From NCBI GenBank assembly GCA_013265495.1, contig MU058584.1, positions 2,980,508 through 3,044,507 on the forward strand: DNA of 64,000 bases, written 5' to 3'. Shown one piece after another: positions 12,921-24,385 of the stretch (positions are counted from its first letter, which is position 1; each line of letters starts with the position of its first letter). Position numbers and translations under genes: made by a program. The notes below the pieces were generated by a model. The model was given only the letters and a program-made list of their open reading frames with translations, ran no database searches and was not told where the DNA came from. The stretch is from Vicugna vicugna. Taxonomy: Eukaryota.

Positions 12921-13959
12921 CAGTCCTTGCCAGCTACCACTGATGAACAGCCGAACATTCCCGACCACACTCATTCTCGTCAGAAATAGGTTGGCGAGAT
13001 TATTCTTTGGGATCTTTAAGGGTACAAAATATGTCAGAAATGGAAAGGGAGGGGACCAATGGTCACCTGTTAAGTCCAGGGGGAGAATTTAGGGAAAATC
13101 TGGAAGGGAGAGGAGCTGTGATACATGAGGACCATAACCAGAAGCAGGAAAGGAAGCTATTAGATACACCACTGTAATCTTAAGTCCCCTTCATGGTATT
13201 TGGGAGAAATGCAAAGAAAGCTCCAAAATTATTTTGAAATTGCTTTTTGATTAATGAGTTATTTATTTGGTGGCAACATATCTTTGACCCACAATGTGTC
13301 ATGGATTAAGACGTGCAACAAGATGTTAAACTGGATGTTTTGACTGAGACACCATGTATCAGATACCGAAGTAATTAGAGAAACAGAAAATTATAAGCAG
13401 GTTTCCAAGAACCAGTTAAACATGCACATCAAAGGTACAAAAGAGTTTAGGAGGCTGACAATTAGAAAGGATGTAGTAAAAGGATTCTGTATTGAAGTTC
13501 CCATCCATCGCAAGGGGAGTCAGTGAGTTGTACCTTCCTTTCACCTCAAGCACCTTCAAGAAGACCACTTTAAGAGCTTAACAATGTTCCCTGGCGTGGA
13601 GATGGGAGGATGTATTTATTGGTATGGAGAACGAAAAAAATGGGTGCAAGACCAGCCTGTGCTGAATGCCAGCCTACCTCCTCAGTGCGGGTAAATGATG
13701 TATGAGTGTTTCAAGGGCCACGTGTAGGTCACAGCAGGGAGAGGGAGTGGGCCTGGAGCCCTTCTAAATTCTGACCAAAGAGGGTCTTCTAGAAGGATGA
13801 GGGGAACCTTACTGAAAGTCTGACCAGAAGACATCACAGGGAAACAGAGGCCGAGGGAATATCACATATCGCCTGCATCATGAGAGTGCCAGCAGAGACG
13901 ACTCGGACAAAGCTGGAGAGTCAGCCACGATCACCTACCAGTCGCAGAAGGTTCTGGTC

Positions 13960-14180
13960 CACTCATTCATTCAACAATAAATATTTATTGAGCACCTACT
14001 ATGTGCCAGAGAATATTCTAGGCCTTCTAGCATTTATCAGTGAACTACTGTGGAGCCTACATCCTTTAAAGAAGCAGTGGAGGAGAGAAGACAAACAATA
14101 ATGAATGGCAATGAATATCTAAATTACATCGTATGATAGATATTGATAAGTGCTCTTGTGGGGATGAAAAGCAGGGTAAG
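13960..14180 (-). mobile_element. L2 3' end
   Basis: cattcattcaacaataaatatttattgagcacctactatgtgccag. Confidence 0.65.
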
Positions 14181-16854
14181 ATGGGAATTGTATATGTTTA
14201 AATGTATACATACATAAACTTTATACTTAAATTTTTTTTTTTACTTTTTCACAGGGGAAGGATAATGAGAGTTGTAATATTTTTTAATTTTAAATTTGTA
14301 GTAACTCCAAACTTACAGAAAAGTTTTAAGAGTATTATAAAGAATTCCTATATACCTCCTGTGTGTATACATATGAATATACACAGGCATTTATGTATTA
14401 TCCATCTGTTATCAGTATGGCTCACAGATTCTGTTTAATGAAGGATAATTCATTACTATCCTTATTTACATTGAATATCAAATTTTTCTTAGCACATCTT
14501 TACTTTTTAGCACAACAAGATTTTCCAGACTGCTCTGGGTTTCAGCCATTTTCCCCAAGAAGCCCTGGTTTCTCCTAGTGGGGAATGAATGATATTTAGA
14601 AATCCAACTAAGACCTGGAATCAAAGTAAGACCTGGTCCTAGGTGTGTTCTTTGCTACTTGGATGCCATCACTTTTTCAGCAGACAAAGCTATGAGTATA
14701 TGAATACAGTTCTGGCTTCCAGAACTGTAAGAAGTAAATTTCTATTATTTATATAAACCACCCAACCTGTGGTATTTTCTTACAGCAGCCCAAACAGACC
14801 ATATATATATTCATTTTTATTTATATGACAGACGAATGCATGTTTTCCCTTTTCCCAAGAGGAAGAAGGGCGAAGCTGAGACAATCATGCTTGGTTTATT
14901 CTTCCCGGAGTCATCAATCAGGTAGGTCATTCCACTTCCGGCAAGAACTTGCACGGGCAAGAGCAAAGAGGGAAACCAGGAGCCACAGTAATTGAGCTCC
15001 CTTCACCTCGAAGGAAAGGAAGCATGGTGATAAGTGTCCTTCGCTGATACTATTTCCCTAGTGAAAATACATCATTTTTCTTTGAGTCTCCCCTCCTGTT
15101 ACTACAAAGTAGTTCTCTTAACAGCAAACTGTCTCTCTACTTCTCCCATCTACACTCAGCTGCCCAAGGATTTACCTCCTTTAGTTACACCATTTTTTAC
15201 ATCATCAAACTCTCTCCTTACTGCCTTATTTGGGCCACTCGTCATTTCCTGCTGACCCTTTATTTTTCTACTTTCCTCCACAGCCAAACATGTCAAAGAG
15301 CAAAGAGTTGTCTGCACACTCTTCTCTCTACTTCCTGATCTGCAGTTCCTTCTTCAACCCACCTTCAGTCAACTTCCTTCCTTCCCCATTGTTCCTTGAA
15401 AACTGCTCTTGCTCATGTCATTCATGACATGTTATGCTCATGTCATTTCTCTTTCCAAATCTTACTTGACTTTTCAGCAATATCTGACAGTTGACACTTA
15501 CTTCCTTGTCTGTCCTTTGTAACATCACCCTCTTATCTCATTAGTAATGACTTCTTACCTTCTTGTTCTCCTTTGCTAGCTCCTCCTCCTCTACCAACCT
15601 CTAAATGTTGAAGAACCCAGTAGTAGGGACCTCTGTCCCAACCTCATTCTGTTCTCTCTACATGTTATTTTAAATACCATCCCTATGTCCTTCATTTCCA
15701 AAAGTGTATCTCAAACTCAGACCTGAGAGCCAGACTCCTAGAGTAACTCTTACCTTCACTTGGAAGTCTAAGAAGTATCTCACAACAAGATGCAGTGGCA
15801 GAGACTAACTAGTTGTTCACCAGATTCTTTTCACCTTGAGCTTCCAGTTAAGCTTTTCCTGGCTTCCCAGGCAGCTAGATGTAGCTCTAGAGCAGGGCGG
15901 AGTTACAAGACCGAAAGAGCTTGGATTCATGAATAAATGCATAAGACATCACCCACTGAATACCCATATTGAACTATTTTATGAATAAGGAAAGAAAAAG
16001 CTATTGTGTTCTGTCACTGCTATTTTGAAGTTATTTGTTCAACAGCAGTTAGTCTATCCAGACTACTAGACATGTCAAAAACTGAACTCGACTCCCCTAC
16101 CCAAATTCTTTCCCTTACCAATACTGTCTACCTTGGTAATTCCTTGGTAATTGATGCCTCTCTCCATTCTATTGATCAAGACAGAAGCTTTGATTTCTTT
16201 CTTTTTCCTACTCACACATCCAGCCCACAAGCAAGCTCTCTTGGTTCTCTTGGTATTATCCCAGTTTTGCTAAAATAACAAACCAACGCAGACTCGCAGT
16301 GGATTACAGTAAATATTTATGCCTCACGCACAAGTCTGCAGACTAGCTGTGCTTGTGCTAAGCTTGGCTGACTTTGTTTGGCTCCAGATTGCAAATCAGG
16401 TTTGGGTCTGCAAGCCATGTGTCCCATTCCGGGACTCAGAGTAAAGAAGCAATGGCTTTCTGAAACACGCTCTTTTCACGGTGGATGGCAGAAGCATAAA
16501 AGAGGCAAGAGAAATTGTCCATGCCTCCTACAGCTCCAGGTTGAAATCACAATCTGTGATTGCTTTGTTTTTATTGGCAATTTCTCCTATTAAAATGTAA
16601 GTTCTATTACTGCCTGGCATCAGAAAAGAACTCAACAAATGCTTATGGAATTAATGTTAAATGAGAGGATTCTGGAAAAGCAGTTTGAGGCTATAGACTG
16701 TTAAAGGATCTTGACATGCGTGTATGAAAGTCTGGACTTCATCGTAAAGGTATGAGTCAGTCACCAAAGAAGAGGTCTGCTTTAGCAAGGTAGCTGTGAT
16801 GGCAGCTGGGTGATGAATTTTCAAAGAGATACCAGTTAAAAGGTTACTGTAATT

Positions 16855-16977
16855 TGACAATGAATATATGTATGTTCATGTATAGCTGAAAAAATTGTGC
16901 TCTACACTGAAGTTAACACAACATTGTAAAATGACTATAACTCAATGAAAAAAAAATGTTTAAATAAATAAATAAAT
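16855..16977 (+). mobile_element. Short camelid L1 3'-end insertion with TSD
   Basis: L1 3' terminus plus (TAAA)n tail; TSD TAAAAGGTTACT(G/A)TAATT at 16837-16854 and 16977-16994. Confidence 0.85.
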
Positions 16978-17108
16978 AAAAGGTTACTATAATTGCCTAG
17001 ATCAGAGGAGACTTGAGGCCTAAACAAGGGCAAAGGACTAGAAAGGAGATTGTTTTGAGGTGCCATCAACAAGAATCAGTAATAACAGCGTTTATTAAAT
17101 GCCTCCAG

Positions 17109-17667
17109 TGTTGCAGAAAAACGTGCTACAGCTCAGTGTTACAGCTCAGTTGTGATAGCAACCTGGATCTGCCCAAGTGTCCAAGCAGCACTAGGAGAGC
17201 TAGAGAACTCAGGTTTATTATGCCAGCAGGGACAGAAGAGTTCACACTTCAAGCTCCAGATTCCATTTGTAGGTTTACACAGGCCTTTTATAGGCTGCCA
17301 GTTTTACCCTTTGCAACATCATATGCAAATAAAGTATAACAGAAGTTGACCAACCAGGAACAAGCTTTGTAGAAATAGACCAATCAGGAGTAAGCTCCAT
17401 GCAAATGAAGTACTACAAATGGACCAATCAGAAATTAGGGGAATGGACCAATCAGAAGTGAGAGTAATAACCAATCAGGAGTGAAGGAAAAAGGAAATAA
17501 CAGAAGTGAGCTCAGGGAACCAATAGAATTCTAGGTGTAAGTTAGCTGCTTTAGAGGCAAAAAGTGAGATAGAGCCTCTGGCCGAGGGAACCTGCTGGTG
17601 CTGGGAGGAGAGCAGCGGCCCTGCCTAGGGGTCCTGCCGGTCTTTTTATGGGGCTTTCCGCCTCACA
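17109..17667 (-). mobile_element. Solo ERV LTR (ERV1-like) with CCAAT/octamer array
   Basis: TG...CA termini; on the minus strand TATAAAA (17292-17286) precedes AATAAA (17219-17214); U3 has repeated ACCAAT units; interrupts MIR-like sequence. Confidence 0.75.
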
Positions 17668-18049
17668 ATAGGCACAGACTTTGTGCTGTCTTTACAAGAG
17701 CCAAGCAAAATAGATATTGGTATATTAATTTTGCAGATAAAAAAACAAAACAAGTTTCAGAGAACTTACATAATCCCCCTCCCCCACCAGAATCACACAG
17801 CTAAATAAATGACTCTTGCTGGGGAAGGTAATGAACGTGGTTTTGGTTACCCTGCGGGTGAGAAGCCTGTAATACAGTAAGTGGTTCTGCCTGAAACAGA
17901 AACGAACTCCGGCTAACTCACGAAACAGGGTATTTCTTGGAAGGCTGTGGTGCTGAGAGAGTCAGTGGTAAGGCTGGAGGGACAGGCTTCAAGAAAAGGT
18001 CAAGAACCCAGGGAGTTTCCGACAGCTAGGCAACAGGAACTAGCTCTTC

Positions 18050-18320
18050 ATGCATTCATTTAACAAATGGTTATTGAGTGCCCACTCTATGCCAGGCACC
18101 TCAGGACATGAGGGACACAGCTGTGAGTAGACAGATAATATCCTCACCTTCATGCAACTTACATTTGAGCCGGGTTGGGGGGGGGCACAGGTCATAAACA
18201 AATTAATTAATTAAATCCAAAAATATGTCAGATAGTAGAAAATAAAGCAAGGAAGAAGGATAAAGGATGCCTTGAGGAGAGGGAAGTTGCCATTTTTAAC
18301 TGAGTGGTCAGAAAAGCCTC
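18050..18320 (-). mobile_element. L2 3' end fragment
   Basis: cattcatttaacaaatggttattgagtgcccactctatgccaggcac...gagtggtcagaaaagcctctc. Confidence 0.55.
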
Positions 18321-19689
18321 TCGGAGAGTTCTGGTCCAGCCACTGCTGCAACCACATGAATGAAAGAGAACTCCAAATGTCTGCTTGTTGATGTCATTCT
18401 CTTGAGGGTTCAGAGTCTTGGGAGTAACATCTGACTGGCACAGATAAAGGCATGTGCCCACCCCCTTGGCTCCTCTGAAAGTGAGGGAGAGGAGGAATTG
18501 CCCTTCAACTTCTATATTGCGATAAGCGCTATCTTCAAAGAAAATACAGAAAATGAGGGATTTTTCCCAAAAAAGGAGAGGGTTTGGACGCTGGACAACC
18601 CAAACAGCCACGGGAATGGATGTAACCAACAAAAGAGAGTCAAAAAAGAGACTTGCAGGAGAGAAGAATGAAAAGAAGAAATAAAAGACAGTGCTTTGGA
18701 GAATCTTGAATACATTTTAAGATGCAGGTTGATGAAGAGGAACTAGTAAAAAGGAGAGCAGAAATTAAAGACGAGGAGAGCAATGTTTGGGAATCCAAGG
18801 ACAGAGAGAGCTTATGAGGTAAATGAGAAGAGGGTCAGAAGAAGACATTGTAAATGGGAAAAGAATCAATGGTGAATGAAGTAGGGACAGAGCAACCTCT
18901 GAGCCAAAGTGTTCACATCATAATTGATGTTGTTGTAAAGGAACTTGCAAAATATATTACCCTGTATCAGAAGAAATATAGGACTTCTGTGCTGTCTTCA
19001 TTTGAACTTCACAGTAACCTTGGGAGAAAGGTCTTATCCCCATTTGGAGATGAAGGGAAATGATGTGCAATATCCAGTGTTGAAGATTATAAATCGTTTC
19101 CTGGTGTGCATCTTGTTAACAAAAAGAAAAGACTTTAAAATGTTATGTAGTCTCTGATCCAGAAATTCCTCTTTAAAGGAATTTAGCCAAAAGAAATAAT
19201 CACAAGCATGCACGCAGATTTAGCTATATGTTTGTGCACTACTTGTAAAGAATTGAAAACAAGCTAACTCCAACAAGAGGGGGATGGTATGTCCATGCTA
19301 TGAAATGATGTGCAATCAGTACAAAATAATGTTGCAGAATGAACTCATCAGGACTTTAAAAGGGTTTATAATTTATGAACTGGGAAATGCAGACAACAAA
19401 AAGTATATACTGTATGAATCTATTTTTGCATGTATGTGTCATTTCTTGTGGGGTTTTTCCTACATATTTTCTAAATTTTCTACAATAAATATTGCTTTTA
19501 TAATGCAATACTTAGATTATAAATATAATAATAAATTATTTAAATTATAATTCAAAAAAAATTTTAAGGAATGTCATGCATGGTTAAGTTCTTGTCTCTG
19601 GTCAAACAAGAATAATTGGGAAAAGGGCCAAATATATGCTCCTGTCTTTTCCATCATGCCTTCTACCAAGTCAGGCTGCCTTTTCTTAT

Positions 19690-20015
19690 ACAGAACAGCT
19701 GCTATAATGAAAATACCATGAGCTGGGTAACTTAAACAGCAAACATTTATTTCTTGAAATTCTGGAGTCTGGGAAGGCCAAGATTAAGGTGCTAGCAGAT
19801 TCAGTGTCTGATGACAGCCTACTTCCTGGTTCGTAGATGCGGTCTTCTGGCTGTGTCCTCACACAACAGGAGGGCCAAGGTAGCTCTCCGGGGGTCTCTT
19901 TTATAGGGACACCAATCTCATTCATGAGGGCTCCACCCTCATGAACTAACACCTTTCAAAGGCTCCACCCAAGAATACCACCACATTGGGGATCAGGTTT
20001 CAACATATGAAATGG
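19690..20015 (-). mobile_element. MaLR solo LTR (MLT1A/B-like)
   Basis: gctgctataatgaaaataccatgagctgggtaacttaaacagcaaacatttattt...gagggctccaccctcatgaactaa...ggtttcaacatatgaa. Confidence 0.8.
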
Positions 20016-20549
20016 GCTTTGAGAGGGGAACAAAGAAGTAAACTATGATGACACCTTCAGTCTGCAGAAACAAGGGAGGGAAAGTCCCTCAATACTGTAG
20101 AAATGCATTCCTACTTTCTTCCAGTGTTCAATGAAAACCAGTTCTTTACAACCAACATGCCAGAAACCCTAAATATAAAGCCTTATTGGGCTGAAGATGA
20201 ATGCGTGAGAATGGTTGGAAGGTGCTGAAACAGCAATAATAAAGATTTTACAGCCCCCAAATTACCTCCAGATGTGTGGATGTGACAAACTAATAAAAAG
20301 GAACACCCAGCCTAGAGCCTTCTAAGATCTGGATTCCAGCCATTCCAGACCTGGACTTGGAACCATGGGCTCCCAAGCACACGCTCTCAGAGAGAAGTAC
20401 CGCACATAAGAGGCACTAGGGGAGACCCAGATGTGGGGATACCTAGCAAGATGTGGGGTGTCCAGAGGAAAGGGGTGCGGACCACACTTAAGACATGTAA
20501 AAGCGGGAAACTTTGGTCCTTTCTGCGTGCCATCGGCTGAGTTCACAGC

Positions 20550-21900
20550 ACTTAGAAGGAGGCTCCACTTCTGCGGGCTCGGCCCTGCCTGCAGGCCTCA
20601 CTCAAGACCTCACCGGCCCGAGCCCGGACTAGAGGGCCTAACTGGGGCTTGTATTCACTATGGAAGGGCTGTGGGTCCCCTAGGCGGTGCCGTCCTGTGC
20701 CCAGACAGGGGGACCAGGAGGGCGGGTGTGGGCGAGGATGGGTGCGGCCACCATGCGGGCAGGGCTCGGTTCCAGCTCTCGGCAAAAGTGACAAAAAGAT
20801 TAGTTATGGGAAAGTACAGGATCTAACATCCCTAAATCCTTTCACCCGGTGTGTGTCGCAATCTAAGACACCGAGCACCTAACGCGCGCCAGGCGCACCT
20901 GGAAAGCGACCAGGCTCGGGCGCGCTCCCCCTTCCGCGCACGCGCCGCGCAAACCGGGGCCCCGCCTTCACCGCAGAGCGCCGAGAAGCCAGCTACGGTG
21001 GCTCTACAGGGGATAAATTACTAACGTGCTACCGTTCAGCAAACTCAATCCGAATAGGAACTGGCAGGAACAGTTTTAAGAAGGCGACCAAGGTGGCATT
21101 TGCAGAAAGGAACAGATATACAGATTTACTTGTGGAGGGAGTAAATCCGTGGACAACCGTGAGGAGGAAGAAAATGCAGCCTCCGCCTCAAAACCAGGTC
21201 CCCAGAAGTGGACCCAGATGGCGCTCTCGGGCGGCCGGAGCCCCGCCTTGGAGGCGTGGCCTCGCGATGCCCGGGGCCGGGGCGGGGACTGCTGCAGGCC
21301 ACGCCTCACTCTGCCAGAGGCCGGGGCTCCGCGCCTACAGTTTGCTGCGCAGCTGCGGTCTGCATCAGCAGAAGGTGATCCAGGTAAGTGCCCGCACCTG
21401 CGGGCAGCGAGGAGCGTGGGCCTCGGGGGCACTTCAGCTTCTGTGCTGAGCACTGCCCATATCTCTGCCATCCTGAGCTGAATAGGGACTCGCTTTCTCT
21501 TTCTCCCATCTTGTCTGTAAGTTTATTTCTGCCTTTCCATCCCCTTTGACCTCCATCTGCCCTGCATTCCGCCGATGATGTATTGGTTTGGCGCATCTAG
21601 GCCGGGCCGGCCTCGCAATCGGCGAGATTCTCAAGGTCAACCCTTCCCCAGTTCCTTCCTCTCCGCTCCCAAGGCTGTGCAGACTCGGGGCTCCTTCTTT
21701 CGACCTCCTGGAGCCCACCCGATGTTGTCAACTGCATCTCTGCTGCGCAGGATGGGCGGGCGAGGCACTGCAGGGGAAGTTGCAGCGCAGGCCTGATCGG
21801 TAACAATGGTTTATTTAAAGTGGCCTGCGAGCGCTGCACTAGCTGCGGATGTGGATGTGTTGCTAGGGACCTTCCGGGAGGGCCGCCCAGGGAATTGTGT
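20550..21900 (+). promoter_or_regulatory. MGST3: CpG-island promoter of MGST3
   Basis: High GC and CpG density; GC boxes CCCCGCC 21241-21247 and GGGGCGGGG 21279-21287; NRF1-like CGCGCACGCGCC 20935-20946; YY1/CTCF-like CAGATGGCGC near 21216; no TATA box. Confidence 0.8.
21330..21383 (+). other. MGST3: MGST3 exon 1 (non-coding 5' UTR; start approximate)
   Basis: Ends ...GAAGGTGATCCAG|GTAAGT, a perfect donor, inside the CpG island; resembles the recalled mammalian MGST3 5' UTR. Confidence 0.75.
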
Positions 21901-24154
21901 TTGTTTTCCTCCTGCCTCGTAGAAATGTTTGTCCCTGTGTTTGTATTGGAACCTATAGAGCAGGAGATGCCGCAGGAAAGGAAGCGAAATCTTCATTTAG
22001 GTTCTGTCTTGGATTTCAGAGAATTTTCCTCATCTAGTGTTGCTGCAGGGAGCCCCAGGGCCATAGCGGTGGGGCAGCTGCAGGGCGGTGGAAGGGGCTG
22101 GATACTGGGTGGTGAGTCATTCCCCGAAGTTCTAGCTTCTGCTAATACTTTCCTTGGGAGTCAAGAGTTTACCGCTACATTTAGTTTAAGCGTCAAGTGA
22201 ATGTGGGAAAGGAGGTAAAAGAAAAGCAGAGACAGGAAGGTGGATAGGAAAGGAGCTACGGGCTTGTGGCTTTAATCCCCTAACTGGAGAAAAGGAGTTC
22301 TGGGGGGAGGGACATTTACTGCTCTGCAGATGTATGGCTCTTTGCAGGTGCTGTGGACCTGGGCGTGGTCATGTTGAATTGCGGCAGATTTTGATTCCTC
22401 TGTGCGTGAGATCTGGAGCGAGGACATCTCTTGGGAAAGCTGTAGATTACCGGGAGCCGGCGGTTTCTGGAAAGGACCCAAGGTTATTGGTCAAAATTAC
22501 AGACTATTTTTTTAGTTCAGTGAATTCAGTAATGGAGCATAGTATCTGAGTCAGGAGATCAAGAATGTTTATTCTCACAGGAGTTAAATTTAACTGAGCT
22601 AAATAAGCTCACATCTAAAATCCAAACAAATACTTTCACCCGGGAAGACCGTCTGTTCGTCTGTTAAGCTTCCCTCTGACACAACGTTACAGAAATAGAA
22701 AACTTTGTCAAGTGATTTCTTTTTTTCTGTTACTGAGGTTACTATATATAAAATGCAGATACTAGTAGAGATACTGTGGCCAGCTATAGAAACTGCACTG
22801 CAGGGGCTTCCTTAGGTTAAGAAACAAAACGGCAGAAGAGCAGTCTTCCCTCTTATATAGACTTAATCCTGCCGGTTTAGATTTCGAAAGGGACGCAGTC
22901 CCTGAAGGGGAACCTCTTAACCTGGAGGATAGCAGAGGGACTGAACCTACATGGAGAAATCTGGAATGAAATGGATGACAAATCAATATGCCAAAAAGTA
23001 ATTTAGTGCCTGCACAGCTAGCTGTATTTATTGCTCCCTATATTTCTATTTAAATATTCTGAATCTGTATTCAGAACACTGTTGCCAGCCACAATTGACC
23101 ATGAATAATTTGGTATTTTTAAAGCAATATTTGTTTAAAAGATTATACTGCGAGGGTTTTTCCAGCTGATTTCATTAATACTGCTTATGAGCATATCACA
23201 CTCTTGAAAAAGAAGAATTCAGCACTTAATCAGTAGTTTGCCACTATGTAGAGTTTTTGAGTTTCCTTCACTGTCCCATATAGTAGCTACATACCTATTT
23301 TCCTTGGGGAAATTGGACTAGCTTTCAAATACATCTGCAAATATCGTTATAAAGATTTCAGCGTTTCGAATCATTACCCTCTGAGTTCTTTCTAGAGTCA
23401 ACCTATTCATTAACTGAAACTTGCGTTCTAATATTTTGGTACCTGAAGTTACTCTTTCTGTTTGTTTGTTTTATAGTGATATTTTATTTACCTGTAGGCT
23501 AAGAAATGTGAACGATTGTGGCACAGTTTCCTTCTAAGTACAGACCAGCATGAAGAGTGAGACCCCTGTTTCAGGCAGGAGCCAACAACTCATGCAGTTC
23601 CTTCATTCAGAATATCTGGTCGCCTAGTCGGGGCCTCGGCAGCTGCTAAGAATTAACTAGAGTCCACCCACATGTCTTGCGGTGGAAAATCCAAGTGGTG
23701 TCCATGTGACTCATTAGAGATTTTTCTTCCCCCTCTTCTGGAAGTCAGGGCTTAGTTTCACTATGGCCCTCGGTTCCTATGTGATGCTAGTTAAGGGACA
23801 GTTTGTGCAGAAATCGTGATGTAAAAATGAAGTGCCACTTCCTGTGTTGTTTTGCTCCTTGCAAACCTGGGTACCAGGAAGATTGGAGGGTATTTTTCCC
23901 TTCCTGTCATCTCTCCTCTCTTGTCATGCTGCAGTGCTGACACTCATTTAAAAAAAAAATCTTTTTTGGACCGGTTCCAAGGTCCCCCCCCTTCCAATTA
24001 GAATGATCTCAGTCTTTAATCAGTCACAGACTTGGAGTTAATGATTAGCTTTCTATTCTTGTTAACATATATAATGCTCAGGAGAGGGTCTGGAAAGGTA
24101 GAAAAGTTTTAAAAGAGGTCAGGTGTGGTCAGACTTGTTCCCCAACCTCGTTGA

Positions 24155-24385
24155 GAGGCAGTATAGCCAAAGGTCGAGAGCACAGACTCCGGAGCCAGAC
24201 TGCCTGGCTCTGGGTGAATCCAGGCTTTCTCTGTGATAACTGTGTGACCCTGGGCAGATTACTTAACCTCTCTGATGCTCAGTTTCCTCATTTGCAAAAT
24301 GGGATAATAATATATTGTAGGGATGCCATAAGGATTTAAATGAGTTAATATGGATGAACTATGTGGAACTGTGTGACATAGTTAA
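24155..24385 (+). mobile_element. MIR SINE
   Basis: gagcacagactccggagccagactgcctgg...tgtgtgaccctgggcagattacttaacctctctgatgctcagtttcctcatttgcaaaatggggataat. Confidence 0.85.

Noticed and set aside
20431..22200. Overlapping ORFs up to 131 aa around the MGST3 promoter
   Set aside because: Typical stop-poor CpG-island ORFs, Arg/Gly/Pro-rich and with no recognisable homology
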